A stretch of 59,334 bases of DNA, counting the filler, from Catajapyx aquilonaris (lineage: Eukaryota): the NCBI GenBank assembly GCA_000934665.2. It is 2 parts of 2 records of this genome, joined end to end, with 100 filler letters (N's around TTAATTAATTAA, not from the genome) between each part and the next. Parts side by side here need not be neighbours in the genome. Positions count along the whole stretch, not along the records: positions 29,825 to 59,334 come from JYFJ02004782.1; 1 more part is not named here. One strand, 5' to 3'. The translations under genes and the position numbers were made by a program. This document shows, piece after piece, positions 35,693-50,800 of the stretch. Positions within the stretch are counted from its first letter, which is position 1. Every line of letters starts with the position of its first letter. The notes under the pieces were generated by a model that worked only from the letters and a program-made list of their open reading frames with translations, made no database searches and was not told the origin of the DNA.

Positions 35693-38600
35693 ACCAGGTG
35701 CGGGCCCATCGGAATGACTGAATAGGTGGGACTTGTCGGCACCATTTTCACCCCTCCGACCGACTTTGGTCCGCGGAAGAAGAAGAGGCCTTTGATCCTA
35801 GCGGCCTAGAAGCAGAAGCGCCAGAAATAAGGATTAATTGCTGCAGACGTGAGCCAGTATTTGGCACTCCCGGATCGATGCTGCTGGCTCCTTCGGGAGG
35901 ACATGGGCTCAGGACTCGGGAGCACTAATGCATGCCAACTGGGGGAATGACAGGCATTCGATCTCGACCCCTCCCAATACTTGACCACAATCCAATAAGC
36001 AGCCTCTTCCATAGGGAGATTCAAGTTGTGTGGACAACCATCATCCTATGATGTCTTCGCGCAAAATTGTTTTGCCGGATCACTACTAACCATATGCATG
36101 GACCTGGGCACTTATCCAATATATTTCCTCCGGTTCTGATCTCTTTTGGAGCCTCGGCTGCCAAAGCAACGGGAACAAACAAAAAGGTACTTTGCGTACG
36201 CTTTTGGCATTCGGGTTAGAATTTCTGCGGCAATCCCGGCCGTTTGATGGCTGAGCCCAGGCGAAGGCATTATCCCGAAATCTGTGCCGGGCCACGTACA
36301 GGACATATTCCATGCAAGCAGTTCGCCAGGGAGGATTGCTCGCATCACTTTCTGGATAGCGATGCCTTCCCAATTGTCGGTTAGGAAGAATCGATAGACG
36401 GGGGAGGGCTGCTTCCTGCAGGGAGAGGAGGAATCGATAGCTAGCGAGCAGATGTTGGTGATCTTAATGAGAGTAGGATGGCTGGCTTTCAGCTGCAGCC
36501 CGCGGTTCCGGACCGCTTTGTTCTCAAACTTCCGGGGGACACTGTTCTTGGCTGCTGCCGGATGGGGAAGGAACGGAAAAGAAAATGAAGAAAGTACCGG
36601 GTGACTGCCACACCAGGACAGGTCCACCAAGGCTTGGATATGCGGGCCGGTATCGCCTTTCCATTAGCTGGCCCCTCCCGCGGCCAATTTGGGAGACGAA
36701 ATGACATCTCCCTGGCAATATTTACCGCCCTAGTTCTGACTTATTGAATTCCAGCGCGGCATATGGAAACGAGTGTATTTGGGGATGAGCGGCGGTCGGG
36801 GATGGATCTCATTTGCGAAAGACAAGCGCAGGATTTCATTTCGATTTCTATTCCAACTGTCTCACCAGATGGGAGCCTCTGGCGGTACGTCCTCTACCGG
36901 TCTATACGCTAACTGATATCCGGATGCGTCATATCTCTCGTATTTTTTCCATGTTCCCTAGGGCCTGACTTTCTGGCCAAAGCTACCGTCAGGCCGTGTA
37001 CACCAGTGTAAACCGTGGGGTCCTCTATTCTTCAGCAAAGCGGATAAGGGAATAAGCAGGGAGTGGGGGGTTTCATGGAGTCATAAAGGCAAGGTCCAAT
37101 GACTTGAAAGCGGCCGCTGTCGTAATTCCCCGAGATGCAAGACTGGATCTTGCATAATTCAAGCCGGCGGTGAAGATACGTGACTGCGTCGGCGTCGTTG
37201 GGGCGTATTAAGTGCCGAGGAAGGAAGCTTTGAGAATTGCCACACTCGGAATGCAGTAGCAACTGAGGCTGCTTCTTGGCTGGCATCCACAATCGCCTGT
37301 AGACACACAGCTTCCTTCTACAAGGAGCTGGGCTGCTTATATACCCCGTCCTTGCGTTTCTAAAGCTGCTTCACCTTGGCACCTCGGGTCAACGAGCAGG
37401 CCCCAAGATGACGAACTGCGCGTCACGTGGCGTCTGTCACTCAGGTTGAGATTCTACACCAATCTGGGCTTGCTTCTGGCTTGATTAATGCGCTCTTGCA
37501 CCACGGATGACGACTGGAAATCACTCACCTTGCGTGACTCCCTAGAACTACACGAATCCATTACCGGGGTGACAACCCTGCACCCTGAACCTAGAGATGC
37601 GGCAACAGGGGGGCCCGTCACACGCCTACAATTATTAATCTCCATTGCACTTAAATACTCACTACGATCAAATTTCCCTGTAAAAATTTGGTGTTCCCTC
37701 TAACCACAATATGATTTTACTTAATAGCACAATGCATTACAGTGCCAACCGAGGTGGTGTTCAGAAACCGTATGCTACAATCTGCTCTGGGCGGAAAGGA
37801 ATAAATCCTAGATGGCTGCCTGGGAGCTGCAAAAAAAAGGGAGACAAAGACACTCACTTCTTTTCCTTGGCATCTGCAGCCGATGCTCCCGGCAAACTTT
37901 TACGTCCGAGGAGAACTGATAAAACTGATATGGAGCAGCAGAAAAAAAATGGGTGGGAAACGGAGGAGGGGGGGGGGGGGGGTNGGGGGACAAAAGATAA
38001 TTTCTTTTTGCCAGAAGCAGCCAGCAGGAGGTGGTGTCGCTCTGCAACTGGGAGGGTATGGTCCTGAGAAGACTGTTCCCTCATGCGCGCTCATAAACCG
38101 CGAGGGTAATTTATTGCCAGCAGCACTTCGGACCCTGAAGGAGTTTGGTCACCACCACTCTCCACGTTTCGAGTCCGTGAAACTCGTACTCCGCGGGGAA
38201 TCTACCACTGGAAACCCAGGTCCGGTCCTAGGTCGGCCATCAATCAATCGGCCGCTGGGTCCTCTTGATTGGCCCAAAGTTGGTGCGGTTTGGGCGAGGA
38301 AGGACTCAACGGGACACACAACCGTCGCGTCGTTCTCTGAGCCTGGACAGAGAGAGATTTCGGGATCAAGCGAAGGGAATGTTTGTACTGTACTGTACTG
38401 GCATAATGGCGATTTTTGGGCATGTTGTTACTTGTGGAGCCCAACACTGGCATTATTTAGATGAAACCTTCCTAATGACAATAGAGCTAGCCTTTTTGTT
38501 TGAAATAACTCAATTTGAGAGTGACGCCATTATCCTAATTGCACTAATCCAGTCAGAACAACACGCAAGCTGATGCTCTAGTGCTGTACGATAATTCGAT

Positions 38601-41600
38601 ATTATGCGATTTTGGGCGATTTTGGCCGATATTTGGCGATATTCACAGTTCTGATTCATTGAAGTAATGCAACTCGGTGTATACAGACCGAATGCGAAAC
38701 TTGAGCTTGAGAGACGCGAGAAAGCGCCTTTTCTGTGCCGCTCGGGAAGGAATGCGGCGGCTCATTTGCCCGGAGTCTTTTGCAGAGCCGCAAGTTTGGA
38801 ATTCCGTCTTCTTGCGGGTGCCTCTCCTGGAAGTGTATCTTTTGAGGCGCCATTGCAGTGCTGGAAAGACTTTTCACGTAGGCTGATCCGATAACAGCCA
38901 AAAAATGTGCATGTGGCAAGATGGCCGACTGGTGTGAAAATCTCCTTTTATGATGGTGGGAGGGCTGGTTCCGTGATTTGCGATTTTTCAGGCCTGGCAC
39001 GTTATAGCTCGGGACTTAACGCGCGGTCTCCAAGCGCGATTTACCTCATAAATAATCAGATTGGCAGCGATTTATGCAAACGTATTTTGTGGTCGATGTG
39101 GCGGTAGGGAAAATTCAATGCTGTGAAAAGTGACCTCATTTGCAGGGTTACACTCCGGGAATCGGACTTTCATGTCAGGGGGCTGGAGGTTTCCAATTCG
39201 GGCGTCGGACTGCAAAATTGCCACACGTTTATGGACCGTGTTAGTGGTCAGAAAAATGTTGGCGCTCTTACCTAATCCGGGTAGAGGACAGTGTCAGCCA
39301 TGGAGAGGAAATATCAGAGATCAACTAGTTTTTGGCTGTATTAAAATTGCATAGTTACCGACCTGGAAAATCGATCAGTTGCGCATCCAAGTAACGCTAA
39401 GATCTTGGCATGTGCTTCTATAGGTAGTGTAGCCTAAGGCGACATGTGCTGCAATAATTTTCAGCCGCAATTCCTGTGCAGACAAGAAGTAGCGAAGTCT
39501 GCAAGCCTGTGGAGAAATTGAGTCGGATGGCAAGTCTTGCAGGAATCCATTAAGTTGAAGTAAGAAAATTCTGAGGAAATTTCTGCCTCTACCAGATTAG
39601 CATAGTTTACATTTTCCTGAGGGGTCCTGATGGCGAATTGGTTTGCAGACAAGCAGGCTCAACTTTCAGGGAAGGTTACCTTTTATTATGATGTGGATAA
39701 CATTCCTTCCCTCTGGAGGTGACATAGTCAGTGAGTAATTTGTCCAACATTTTTTTGGAAACACCCGGTTTTTTTTAAATACAAAATAATAGAGCAAGTT
39801 CTCGCCCGATATCGTCGCGGTTTGGTAGAGTATGTGGGTTGGAAAAGGGGTGCAAGCCATGTAATAGGCGACAGCTTGGGCCATTGTCGCGGTAGCGTTC
39901 GTGCATCCTATTATCCCATTAGAGACACTGCCCCCCCCCCTCCCCCCCTGTAGAAAGTGCCCTTGTATTTTTGCCTCTTTTATTACATTGTTAAATCCGG
40001 CATTAGTCGCGGGGGTTAGCAGAGGCAAGTTCTAGTTGGGTGGGTGGGTGGGTGGATTCATTGCTTATTGATTAATTTGCGAGCGTTCATGCTGCAAGTT
40101 GGGGCTGCTGGAGGCTTTCATTAAAGGATCAGCATGGAAATGACTGTAGCCTGTGCCCGGCATGAGAACAGCGAGGCCGCCCATCGATTTATTGCCGCCT
40201 TCCAAATTCACGCATTCGTGTAAAATTTTTATTCAAACTCTCTCTCTCTCTCTTTTTTTATATAGAGTTGATCTCCACACGCACCAGAAGTCTGCTGGTG
40301 AAATTAATTTTTTGTGCGTAATATTTTTGGGCGAGTACATTGTTGCGAGTAATGGTGCAGTGAAATTGAATGGTTGGTGGAATAAAAACTTACAAAATGA
40401 GGTCAGTGCGAGCGCCAAACCCGAATTCTTGCAATGAATTAATGTGGGAGTACTATGGGATAGAATATGTTACATGCAGCCGCGGAATGTTGAGCATGTA
40501 TTGTATGGGACGTGGATTGAGTAGCAAAAAACCTATGGCCATCCGGGTGTGAAGGAGAAACCGTTATAACAATCTTTCGATGTAGCATTCGCTCTGAAGC
40601 CTGTTTCCAATATTTTGCCGCATGCTGAATAGTAATGCGAAATCCTCAATATTCGCCAAACCTGGCAAATAATAGAGACACCACTTGAATACCAAGAGCA
40701 AAAAAGGTTGTTGAAAATGGCTATTTTTCACGCTGTAACTCACCAGGTCAGCATTATTGTTACATTTACATCAACACAACTGGCACGTCCTTAAAAACTA
40801 TTGTACTCAGTTTTTTTTGTTACATGATGTTTCCACATACCCAGTGGCGGTACAGAATTGGGGGCTTGCTACTTTTTCCTGTCGGTTTGTTAGAGACAGG
40901 AGTTCAGATGCCCGGAAACGTTCGTGTGTTGGTTACACACATGACAAGTTCCATTCCCCAACAGCAAGCGGAATCCATATAACATCAGTCTAGCCGTTAC
41001 TAACAACTTTTGACACTAACAAATTTTCACATATTCAACTGGTAAAATATTCACACAAATTCAACCTAGCTTTACAATCAGTTATTAACTTTTAATTATC
41101 ATTACGACGCAAATGTGCAGGCACGTGCCATTTGTCTGACTGTATCTCCACCTGGCCTCAGGTGAGACGATGAAGGAGACAGAGGGCAATATGGGATACG
41201 CGTAGGGAAGGACGATGCTATGTCTCATCCCCGTGTTGTGGCGCTATCGTCAGATCGGAAGCTGGTGGCGCGGATGGCACAAGAGGCAAGAGGCGAGGAG
41301 ATTAGTCTGAGCGCCAAAAGGAGGAAAGATTAATCGCCGGCATAAATGTGCACTCGGCGTGGCTCCTCCGAATAACTCAATCCCTTTCACACGTCCGCAA
41401 ATCTGCATGGTGCATTCTAAATCACAGCCTGCTGTTTGAACAAGAAAACGGTTTCAGAATTCACTCGCCTGGCTTGACGTAATGAATAGCCCCCGGAGAA
41501 AGCAGGAAAGAGGAAAAAACGCGGTGAGACGACTGAGGCGACGCTGCCGCCGGCTGGAAGAAGCTGGTATAATGAGGCATCTTTCGCGCGGGACCGCGCG

Positions 41601-41984
41601 AGAGCGTGCAATTGCAAGAGGGGGCTATGGTATCGCCTTGTGTGTGCATGAGTGCGATCGGCCCCGTTAAACTATTAGTGGCACTCCTGATGCGGAAGGC
41701 AGTCAGGCACAAGTTGCGTGGCTGCCTAATTGGCCGATAATGAGAGGCAGGAGCGTCTTACTCGGGGTTTGGTACCGCCTCTTCTGTGACTCGCATCATC
41801 AAGGGGGAGCCCGGATCCACGAAACCCGAACTTCCGGCCTTGCTTCCCTAGTCCGGAATTGCGTTGGCCCCACGGCTCATGAATAGAGCTGGTCCAGGTC
41901 TCACTCTCTATTGCATGGTTCAGTTACAATGGTCCCCATAGTAATGTGTCATGTATTTTTTGAATGAACATATTGATGAAGTTT

Positions 41985-42147
41985 AGGTACGTTTATATGT
42001 GAGTGATTTGACGAGCGAAACGGAGCGAAGTCTTCGCAGCCCAAGTAACCAATATTGTTTGAGGCGAAACTAATCGATTGTAATTTCAGCATCGGCGAAG
42101 ATTTCGCTCCTCTCCGCTCGTCAAAGCGCTCACATGTAAACGCACCT
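41985..42147. mobile_element. Degenerate MITE (PIF/Harbinger-Tourist-like ends)
   Basis: Imperfect inverted arms of about 53 bp: AGGTACGTTTATATGTGAG...TCTTCGC / GCGAAGA...CTCACATGTAAACGCACCT. TTA precedes the left end; right TSD not preserved. Confidence 0.65.
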
Positions 42148-45100
42148 CGTCGCCAGTTATGTATTTGAGGAAGAAACAATAACCAGTCATGTTCTCGGTC
42201 TAGCTAACAGTTTAATAACTGCTAATTCATCAACTGCCCGCTAGAGGGCTACACCGGTAGATGTCGCTTATACCCAGACAATACCGTAATCAACAAAATA
42301 CTAGACGTGTCTATTTGCTGGCTCCTATGCCGACCCGAACACAACATGGTGGCAGCGGTGGGATAGGAACACATGCCTCCACTGCACCTTTGCCATACCG
42401 GGCCTGAGAGTAGAATAAACTAGTGCACCCAGAGTATACCCCTGCTAGACCCCGCTGTCATTTTAATATATTTAATCATGCAACACTTTAACGATCGACG
42501 TTGTTTTTGTGATTCATCACAATAGCTCGGTCATCCGCTAATAAAACATTAGCTCTTAATTGCATTTCAATTTCCCCCTGGGGCATTTCGGACCAGGGTG
42601 TTTTACATGACAACATTAGCTAATAGCTACGTGCCATAACGTGCATAGGCATTGTTCAGGTTTAGTACCGGCAGATTTTGCAGATTGAAGTCTTGCGATG
42701 CTCTCTCTCTCTCTCTCTCTTGAAGAGCAGTCATCCAGCGCTATAGACCCAACAAGTGGGTATGGTTTGAAACCCTGGAAACGGTTGCAAACCACTGGCT
42801 GGCCGAGTGGAAGAGTGAAGCTTGGCGGCAATTATGGCCCAGAGTGGGGAGGGTAGAAAGGTGGGTAGGTAGAAGAGCAGGGGGAGCGTGGAGTGGATGA
42901 ATGGCTGGCCAGATTGCGCAAGTGGTTGGCTGCTGCTGCAGGGTCTGCTGCTGCTCCTGCTGCCGGCTCCTAATGCGCTTAGAATCAAGGAGACGGCTCG
43001 GCCTCTTTAAAGCCCGGATTCCTTCCCCTGGCAATGGGGCTTGGATCCAGGCCCCACGGACAGCTCCTCAAATCCACTTCTGGTTATCGGCTTTGCAGCT
43101 CAGCCCTTTCCTCTCTTCTACCTCTCTCTCTCTCTCTCTCCCTCTGGCTTCTGCTTCTTCCTTTTCTTCTCTTCCAGTCGCTTTTCTTCGCCTCGCTCAC
43201 AAAAGCCACAACAATAGTCCTTGCCCTTTGCTTTTTTTCGACACCGCCAAGACAAGGTCTGGTCCACGCCAATGCCATCTGAAGCGACTTTGATGTAACC
43301 TCCCCTTCTCTTATTATTCTCATTAATCTAGCCTCCTCATTCATCTGGTTAATTGAATAAAACCCTCGCTTTTATCCGACGCGATGCCTGGTCCAAACTC
43401 TCAACAACAGTTACTCGCAGATACTGTACAGAAGTGCAGAGAGGGAAACTGACTAGCCAGATTATAAAGACCGAGTTGGAAAAGCCATTTGGACGGTTGG
43501 ATGAATCTACTTCTGGTTCGGTATGAAGGGAGGTCGTCACAGCCCATAGTTCGCATCCGGGCCGCTTATTGCTCTGTTTTTTCCGACAAAATACTAAAGT
43601 TGTGTACGAGGCCAAACTGGTGGCTAGCCGCGTCAACAACTACAAGGAAAAGCAGCAAGGCCAGCAGGCATCTATGGTAGTACAGTGTAGCTAGCGAGCG
43701 GCGTCCTAATGAGATGTGCCGCTGGTCATCAAAGCCGCTTTATAAAGGCCTTCCGCCGCCACTCTTCGCCCCTCGAATATTACTCGGAATAACTCTGGAG
43801 GCTTTAACGGCCTGTTTTACGACATTAATTTAGAATTAGCGATTCAATTTTCATAGACCATCGCACCCTGTATCGGGGGCAAGCCAAGCGTGCTCTTTGC
43901 CACTCAGCGCTTTCCGCCCAAGAATTCCCTCCTCGGGGGATTAATCTCCTTTTCCCACCCCACTTTTTCTACCCTGGGTAGGGTGGGGGTGGCGAGTGTG
44001 ATGGAGGATGAGCCGGAGTTGAGAGAGTGCGAGAGTAGAAGAAGAAAAAAAGGATGTTGGTGGCAGCACGGGGCGTCTCGGGTTCCTTCTCCCACTAATT
44101 ACCACCACCCTCCGCCGCCTGTAATTGGCGTCCATGATGGTCCCCCGCTTTTCTCTTAATACGCGCATTAAGGGCCTTTAAGGTAACCGAACCTCTTATT
44201 GTAGTCCTGGTAACGGCTTCATAACTCGAAATTGTCGGTCATCAGCCAGACCCCCTCGCCATTAATGCTCAGTCGATGTGGAGACCACCCACTCGACACC
44301 GGCATCTCGCGGGAAGCACTGTCAACTATGATCAGGGGCAGACATGTTGGCTCATATTACTCGAATTTTGGATTTGGCGTTTTTTAAATAAAGTCATTAG
44401 TGGATTTATACTAGTTCATTTTCTTTTTGCGCATTACAACCTCCAAGCGCATTTGAATCTGTAAAATGATGAAACATAAGTGTTACTATATCAACATTAA
44501 TTTTCTGGCCCTGTATGTACCATTCAGGCATGGCCGAAAGATTAATTTCATCATCACATTTTAATATGAATTGTGTACTATAGAGGTTCCCTCAAATATA
44601 TGCGCTAAATTTAACAGCAGGTTCACTTTAATATAATTAATTATTGGTGATTTACCAATTTGGTCTGCATACAAAGCACGCCGAATTCACTGTACCAACA
44701 CTGTGCAGGGCTTACACTGTGTTTATTAATAATAATGAGTATTACAGAATATCAAACATGATACTGCATTGTGAGAGGCTTTCAAAAAATGCTGACTATC
44801 ACTTTCATCATGCACTGGAAGTCCCGCGAACTGTATATTTTTTAATGAACAGGCCGAGTTTTTGATGTTACAATACTATGCTATGTTTGACGCCCTAAGA
44901 CTTAGGCCTACTAGAACGGGCGAAACTGGGGATGGCCCCACAGGGACATGTTCAAGAGTTAGTACAATCTGTGTAAGAAAGTTCCTCCCAGAGTCCACTT
45001 GAGTGTACACTAAAATGAGTCTATTAATATTTATCAAAGCGTTATGTGATCTAAAGTTCTAGATTGTACAGTTAATGAATCTGTAAAGTTGGAGGTTTTA

Positions 45101-47480
45101 CATGTAGGACTGGTATTCCACAATAGTTATAACCAATTAGCATTACACATCTTGCAATATTATAATCTAAATTGCGCCTGGTCATGCAGGAGGAGGTGCA
45201 GAGGCAACACTCTCCAGATTTCAGACTTTCGATAGTATCAACCCCTGAAGAAGACATTGGCCCCCGTTAGACAGGCTCGATATACATCGAAATGAAACCT
45301 TTCTCTTGACAACCAGGATATTACCAGACCCCCCCTTTTTCACAATAGTTTGTCGGACGCTGCTCTGGAGTGGAGCTTGTCTCCGGCGCGACGATCGATC
45401 TCTTTTCCTTTCTGGGTCTCCTTGGCTGACATTACACCTACCCCCGGATGAAAAGCCTCTCCCGTTTGAGTCCGGAGGCTTGGCCAGGTCAAATGGACTA
45501 AGGGAGCCCTTTTCGCCCCGAACGTGTCCCCAAAGCCAGCTTCCTCCGCAAACCTTGATCCCCAATCTTCAATTATGTATAGGATTTAGATGGACCCCCA
45601 TCGCCTTGCAAGGGCAAGGGAAATCTATACGCATTAAGGGCAAATAAAAGAGAGGATAAGATTGCAGAATTGCGACGAAATGATTTAACCGCGAGGAAAA
45701 TGAGGTGAGGTATTTGCGATAGATGGCAGTAGTGACGCAGTGGCGGCATCTTGCGGGGGGTTCTATACTAGTAGCGGCATCTCTCGTCGCCTTTGTTCAT
45801 CTGCACTCTTCACACGAACCGAGAAGCTTTCCTTCTTCAAGTCCGAAACCTTTTGACTAAAGTCTATGCGTGAGAAGCGGGTTTGATGTCAGGGCTTGCA
45901 AAATCCCCTTCGTTTTCAGCTTCTGGGGTTTATTTACAGCTGCGCGCGCGAGTGTTTCCGATACCCTCCTGAATAAAGTAGGAGTCCGCTTAAAGTAATC
46001 GTCTCTCGGCATAGTACGTGATCCGAGTAGATGTCACCGTCCATAGCAGAAAAGGAGGAACAAGAGATAGGGAAATACCTTTTCCATTTTGAGCCGAGCT
46101 GCGGTGCTGTAATAGGAGGCTCGCGGGCCAAATGGAGCAAGAGGAAAGCCCTATCGAATTTACTCCTCTTGGCTGCAACACGAGGCAAACTCTTCTTCTT
46201 CTTCTTCCTGCTTCCACCCAACCACCCCCTGACGAATTCTTGGAAAAAAGAAAAAAAAAGTTGCCCCTTTCTTATGGAACACTTTCGGATGGGAGGAAGT
46301 CAACTATAATCCAGAGCTTGCATAGAATCGTGGTTGCTCTCTTGCAGCCTCTTTCCGACTGATTTGGTTACATTCGCCTGGGGACCTTCCATCTCCGCTT
46401 GCCAAATAATATCCATTGACTTTCTGGTTTCAAGCGAAAAGAGAAGGAAATTATTTTGCGAGCATTATAAAAGATTTTTTTTTTCGTAGCTTAATTCGGT
46501 CATTTGGCAGACGGAGCCAGCCGCCCATTACACATCCCGTTTCATCTTCTATGTTATCTGCTTGCTAATATTTACACGGCGGAGGTCCTAATAAATACTA
46601 ATTCTTGTCTGATTTCCGGGGGTCCTGCCCTACCCAGCCGTTATTCACACTGATTCTAACAAGCGCTTCCAATTTCGCAGGGGGTTCTGGAGTAAGTGCA
46701 GAGCCGAAATAATAAGGACTGGGGTGTAAAACGGGTCGTAATCGGAGGGGGAGGTAATGCGCCTGTCTTTATTGCAACAACTATTACGCAATTGCTTATC
46801 GAATTAGAATTTGGTGGCGCCGAGCAGCGACGCGGGCATAAAGTGGGTGCCCTGGAAACATTTGGTCTTAACTGCCGAGTCAGAGGAGAGGATGAGGTTG
46901 CAGGGCTGGCAGCTAGGAAGAGGCGTCCTGGATTATGCTGATGGCGCTTGGGTGCTGAACACGGTTCAGATGCGCCTGCTTGGTACACCAGAGGCTGCTA
47001 TTGCTGGCTCTTTCATCCTTTAATTAATTTTAATTGATACTGTTTCGCAGGCAGTTTGCCAGGTGCGCGGTGCCAAAGCCCCTCGGTCCCAACTCGCTGT
47101 GACCTTTGCCCTCCTTTCTCCCGTTCCGGCCTTTAGGCGGTCTCTTTTGATCGTTTCTCATGTGGGAGAGGCAGACTCCGGCCAAGGACTGATAATTTAA
47201 AGCAGGTTAGAGCTAACTGCGCCAAGGGTAGGCGTTCATATGTTCTGGCCTTAATTAGGTGTACCTGTGAGCGATGTCCTCACTAGGTCACTCAGTTCGC
47301 AGTTATTACCAAGAGCATTATCCACATGGTCACTCAGGTTGTGGTGGCTGCAGAGAAGCTGTTTATTCAACCTAGCCGCGACTGTGGCTGTCACACGACT
47401 GGTTACAAAGCATTCACGCCATCTGACGATGAAACTCACTGGCTTACAGTGGATGTGAAGGTGTCACAGTTTTCTGTCAA

Positions 47481-47818
47481 TCTTCTATATAAATAAAGCC
47501 GTTTGTGAGTCTGTCTGTCTGTCTGTCTGTCTCTGTCTGCCTCTCTGTCTGTCTGTCCGCCTGCCAACCGTCATTTGCCTGCCATCTGTGCTCCACCCCC
47601 AGGCCGGGAGAGGATGGCGGTGTTGGGGGTTGACTACAGATGGCAGGCAAATGACGGTTGCCGTTATGCAGACGGGAGAGGTTGAAGGTGTTGGAGTAGC
47701 AGGACCACAGATGGCATTGGTGGCCGGACACACAGAAAGACAGACAGTTGACGGGGGTACTGGCAGGTGTTTTCCCTTCATTCATTTCTTCCCGGGCAAC
47801 GCCGGGTGCCGCAGTTAG
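47481..47818 (+). mobile_element. Non-autonomous Helitron, copy 2
   Basis: A|TCTTCTATATAAATAAAGC, (CTGT)n, ... CCCGGGCAACGCCGGGTGCCGCAGTTAG|T (CTAG->TTAG). Colinear with 14798-15104 in the opposite orientation. Confidence 0.85.
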
Positions 47819-50800
47819 TTCTTCAATGTTTTTAAAGCGGGCTACCGTTAGGAATAGGATTACCACAGTTCTTCCGAAGGTTGTAACCGTGGATATAGGG
47901 CACATTACTTTATCACGGCTGCGGAAGCGGAAGCTCTTAGTCATGCAGTTGGCCTGATAATGCAATACAACGACGTTCATAACTCAATTGGAGTGAAAAT
48001 TCTAGTTAAGGATCCCGGCTTCCTTGCTTATATATAGAAAAAAATACGTCCACCATTACACCAACTTAGGGTTTCATTATCCAATTACCTGTCTCGGTAA
48101 CTCTTTTAGGAAATGAGCCGGTAAAGTTTCGCACTGGAGCTTCTTCCTTACAACGAAGGGGAATAGCAGGAAGCTCATATCCTGCTACTAGCTGGCTGGC
48201 TGCAGGGGCCTGCAGGGTTAGCTGCAGGCGTCATGCTCCACTTGGCATGGATCCCCCCCTGCTGGGTTCATGTTCTTGGCCGCAATTTGGCCGCGTCCGG
48301 TCGGCGCAGCTCCAATGCATGAGTTAGAAGCAAAAATTCCATATTGATTGGAAGATAGCCACCAACATCACTAGTGATTACAGACTAAGCGACTTTTGTA
48401 GTCAAATTATTCTAGGGTCATACTTTATATCAAGTCAACGATTTTTATGGGGCTAGTATCGATCAAAATGAATGCTGGCATGTCGAGCCANCCCCCCCCC
48501 CCCCCTTTTTATTTTTTCTTCCACCCTTCTTCCCACCCCCTTTCCTTCGTGATTCCTTTTCCTCGAGCCACAATTCCGCCCGTCTTTTGTCATTTTAATT
48601 ACAGCACACCTCTTCTGGCGCAATCCCCGCTCCACATAATAATCCGGGCAGGGGAGCGGAATTTCCGGATCCGCCAACACGAAAGGCAGTTTTCTGCAGG
48701 CTTCTCGGGGGGTTGGCTTTAAACGACGCTCCCTCTTTAAAGGCGACGGCTGAAAGCCCCGGCTAACGTGCCAAAGTTCCCAGAATCCTCTGAGAAGCTA
48801 TTTACAGTCGTTAGAGCAAAAACAATCTGGCGGAAACGGGCAAAGTTGTCGATATTAATTATTGTTCTCCGTCGCGCTTTTGACGCCTCTCGGCGCGCGT
48901 CGATGAATGAACGCCAGATGGATAGATGGATGGGTGATCTCGAGCGGATTAATTGCAGCCGTTTACAACAATTGGTGTTCTCTGACAGATTCTAGCATTA
49001 TTGCCCGTATCATTTCTAGGCACCTGTGGCAAGCCTATAGTCACACCCTATAACTAGGTATGGGCAGTATTCTTTTAAATCTTCATCTTCAACTTCATTT
49101 TGAGTCCGTGTCCAGCATTAAGCTATCATATTGTTGTTGTGATCCTACAATATATAGGGGGTCTAAATCCCTCCAGATCGATGGTGGCCAGAGTTGGAGA
49201 GAGAAAAAAATTGCTCGCTCTTCCGTGACATTTTTCTGCAAAAAGCCGGAGGTCCATTCGGTGAGGACTCCAGTTCGATTGCCTTTGTGCAGGACCGGCG
49301 ACAGGGTTGACCCAGCATCGATTATATTGACAGATGCGATCAGTATTATCCTAAACAGCCTGCCATCTGATTGGAATAATAGCATGCCGATCCCATGCCA
49401 ACGTTACATTTGAACTGGTAATGATTACAGTCGTTGTACACGGTATGCCGCATGTGATATAATGCCTTTGTACTAGTTACATGTCATCCAGGATATACGC
49501 AAATTTTACATAAGTTAAAATCCGATTTTCTGCTATTTTATTGTAATATGGCCGGGTTTTTTTTGGGAAAAGTAGCGGACAACGAATGCAATAATCTGAC
49601 AGGTAGTATGTCATTCCTTTGTTGGCTGGCATGGGAGCGGTGCCATCTCCGATACACACTATATACCATGGCGCGCGGTTCAGTTTGTTTGAACGATCGG
49701 TGTCGACTGTTGCGTTTTCCGTCTAGCACGTTATAGTTGCCCAGGCAGGTGAAAAGATTGGAATGGAAGCTCCCAGATGTGCCGTGGACCGAAAAGGTCC
49801 GGGAGAGCTTACATGGAGGGGTTTTTTTGGCCAAGTTTCTGGGCAAACAAGGTCCACCTGAGATGGTGCAAACAGCCTGCGGAGGGATTGGAGATGAAAC
49901 GGAAAAACGGGAAGGCAGCCAGCACGAAGGCCTCCTGAGGGCTGCCAGTGTAGATCAAAGGCTGGGTAGTCTGGTATACCTCGGTGCTGAAGGAAACACT
50001 GCGTCTCCATCGCATCTGACATAATTTTGTTCCGAGGTCAGAGAGGTTGACATTCTGTGGGGCTGCTGGTTACAAACAGTGTAGCCTCCTCCCAGACAGC
50101 GCCCTCTGGCGACGAACACAGCAGCTAGCAGCCCCATCTACCGGCCGGTGTCACGACTATGTTGAATTGACAGACAAGACAGTCCAGTGCACCGTCAGTG
50201 GCATTCTGGCTGAAAGTGGAGCAGGGAGAGGTGCCTGGAATAACTGCGGTCAAGTGTCGGCTACATCGGTCGGGTCGGTGTGCTGGAGCTGTGCAGGCTC
50301 TGGGGCCGAGGCCGCATTTCTGAGGCGGCATACAAGCCAGCCCCCTAATTAGTGCGAGTTAAACATCATCGGGCCTTCCGGCGCCACACGCCCGCCCACC
50401 AAATAAACTCAGCGCTGCCTTTGATTTCGCCAGCTGCTTTTGTTACGCCACACGGAGCCAGAACAAGCTGTGCATAACACGGGGATGATGATGGCGCCAA
50501 CGACGCTGTGCTTGCGGTCGTGGGACAAATGGTCGCAGCAGGAGGGTTGGTCTCACGCAAACACGTCCGCCTGCCGAGATGGCGTGAGAGGGTATCACGC
50601 ACCGTCTTTGCATCCGATATTCATTGGATTTTGGGCGCGATTTCCCTCAAGCCCCACTGGATCTCCCTGAAGAGACACCTAAGCCTTGGCGAACAAAAGG
50701 CGAACACTGCACCGGCGGTCTCCCCGTCGCGGTTTCGTCCCCTTTTGTTCTCCTAATCGCGATTCCACCTTTTCTTCGCCTCCTGTTCACCAATTCAACG

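Noticed and set aside
37910..37923. GGAGAACTGATAA resembling the middle of miR-184
   Set aside because: The seed and 3' end mismatch and there is no hairpin.
42897..43010. Short ORF MNGWPDCASGWLLLQGLLLLLLPAPNALRIKETARPL looking like a signal-peptide exon
   Set aside because: The Leu run comes from CTG repeats, and there is no splice donor between the hydrophobic stretch and the stop.
45245..45298. CTGAAGA...GAAA as a possible hammerhead ribozyme
   Set aside because: I could not form convincing stems II and III around the core.
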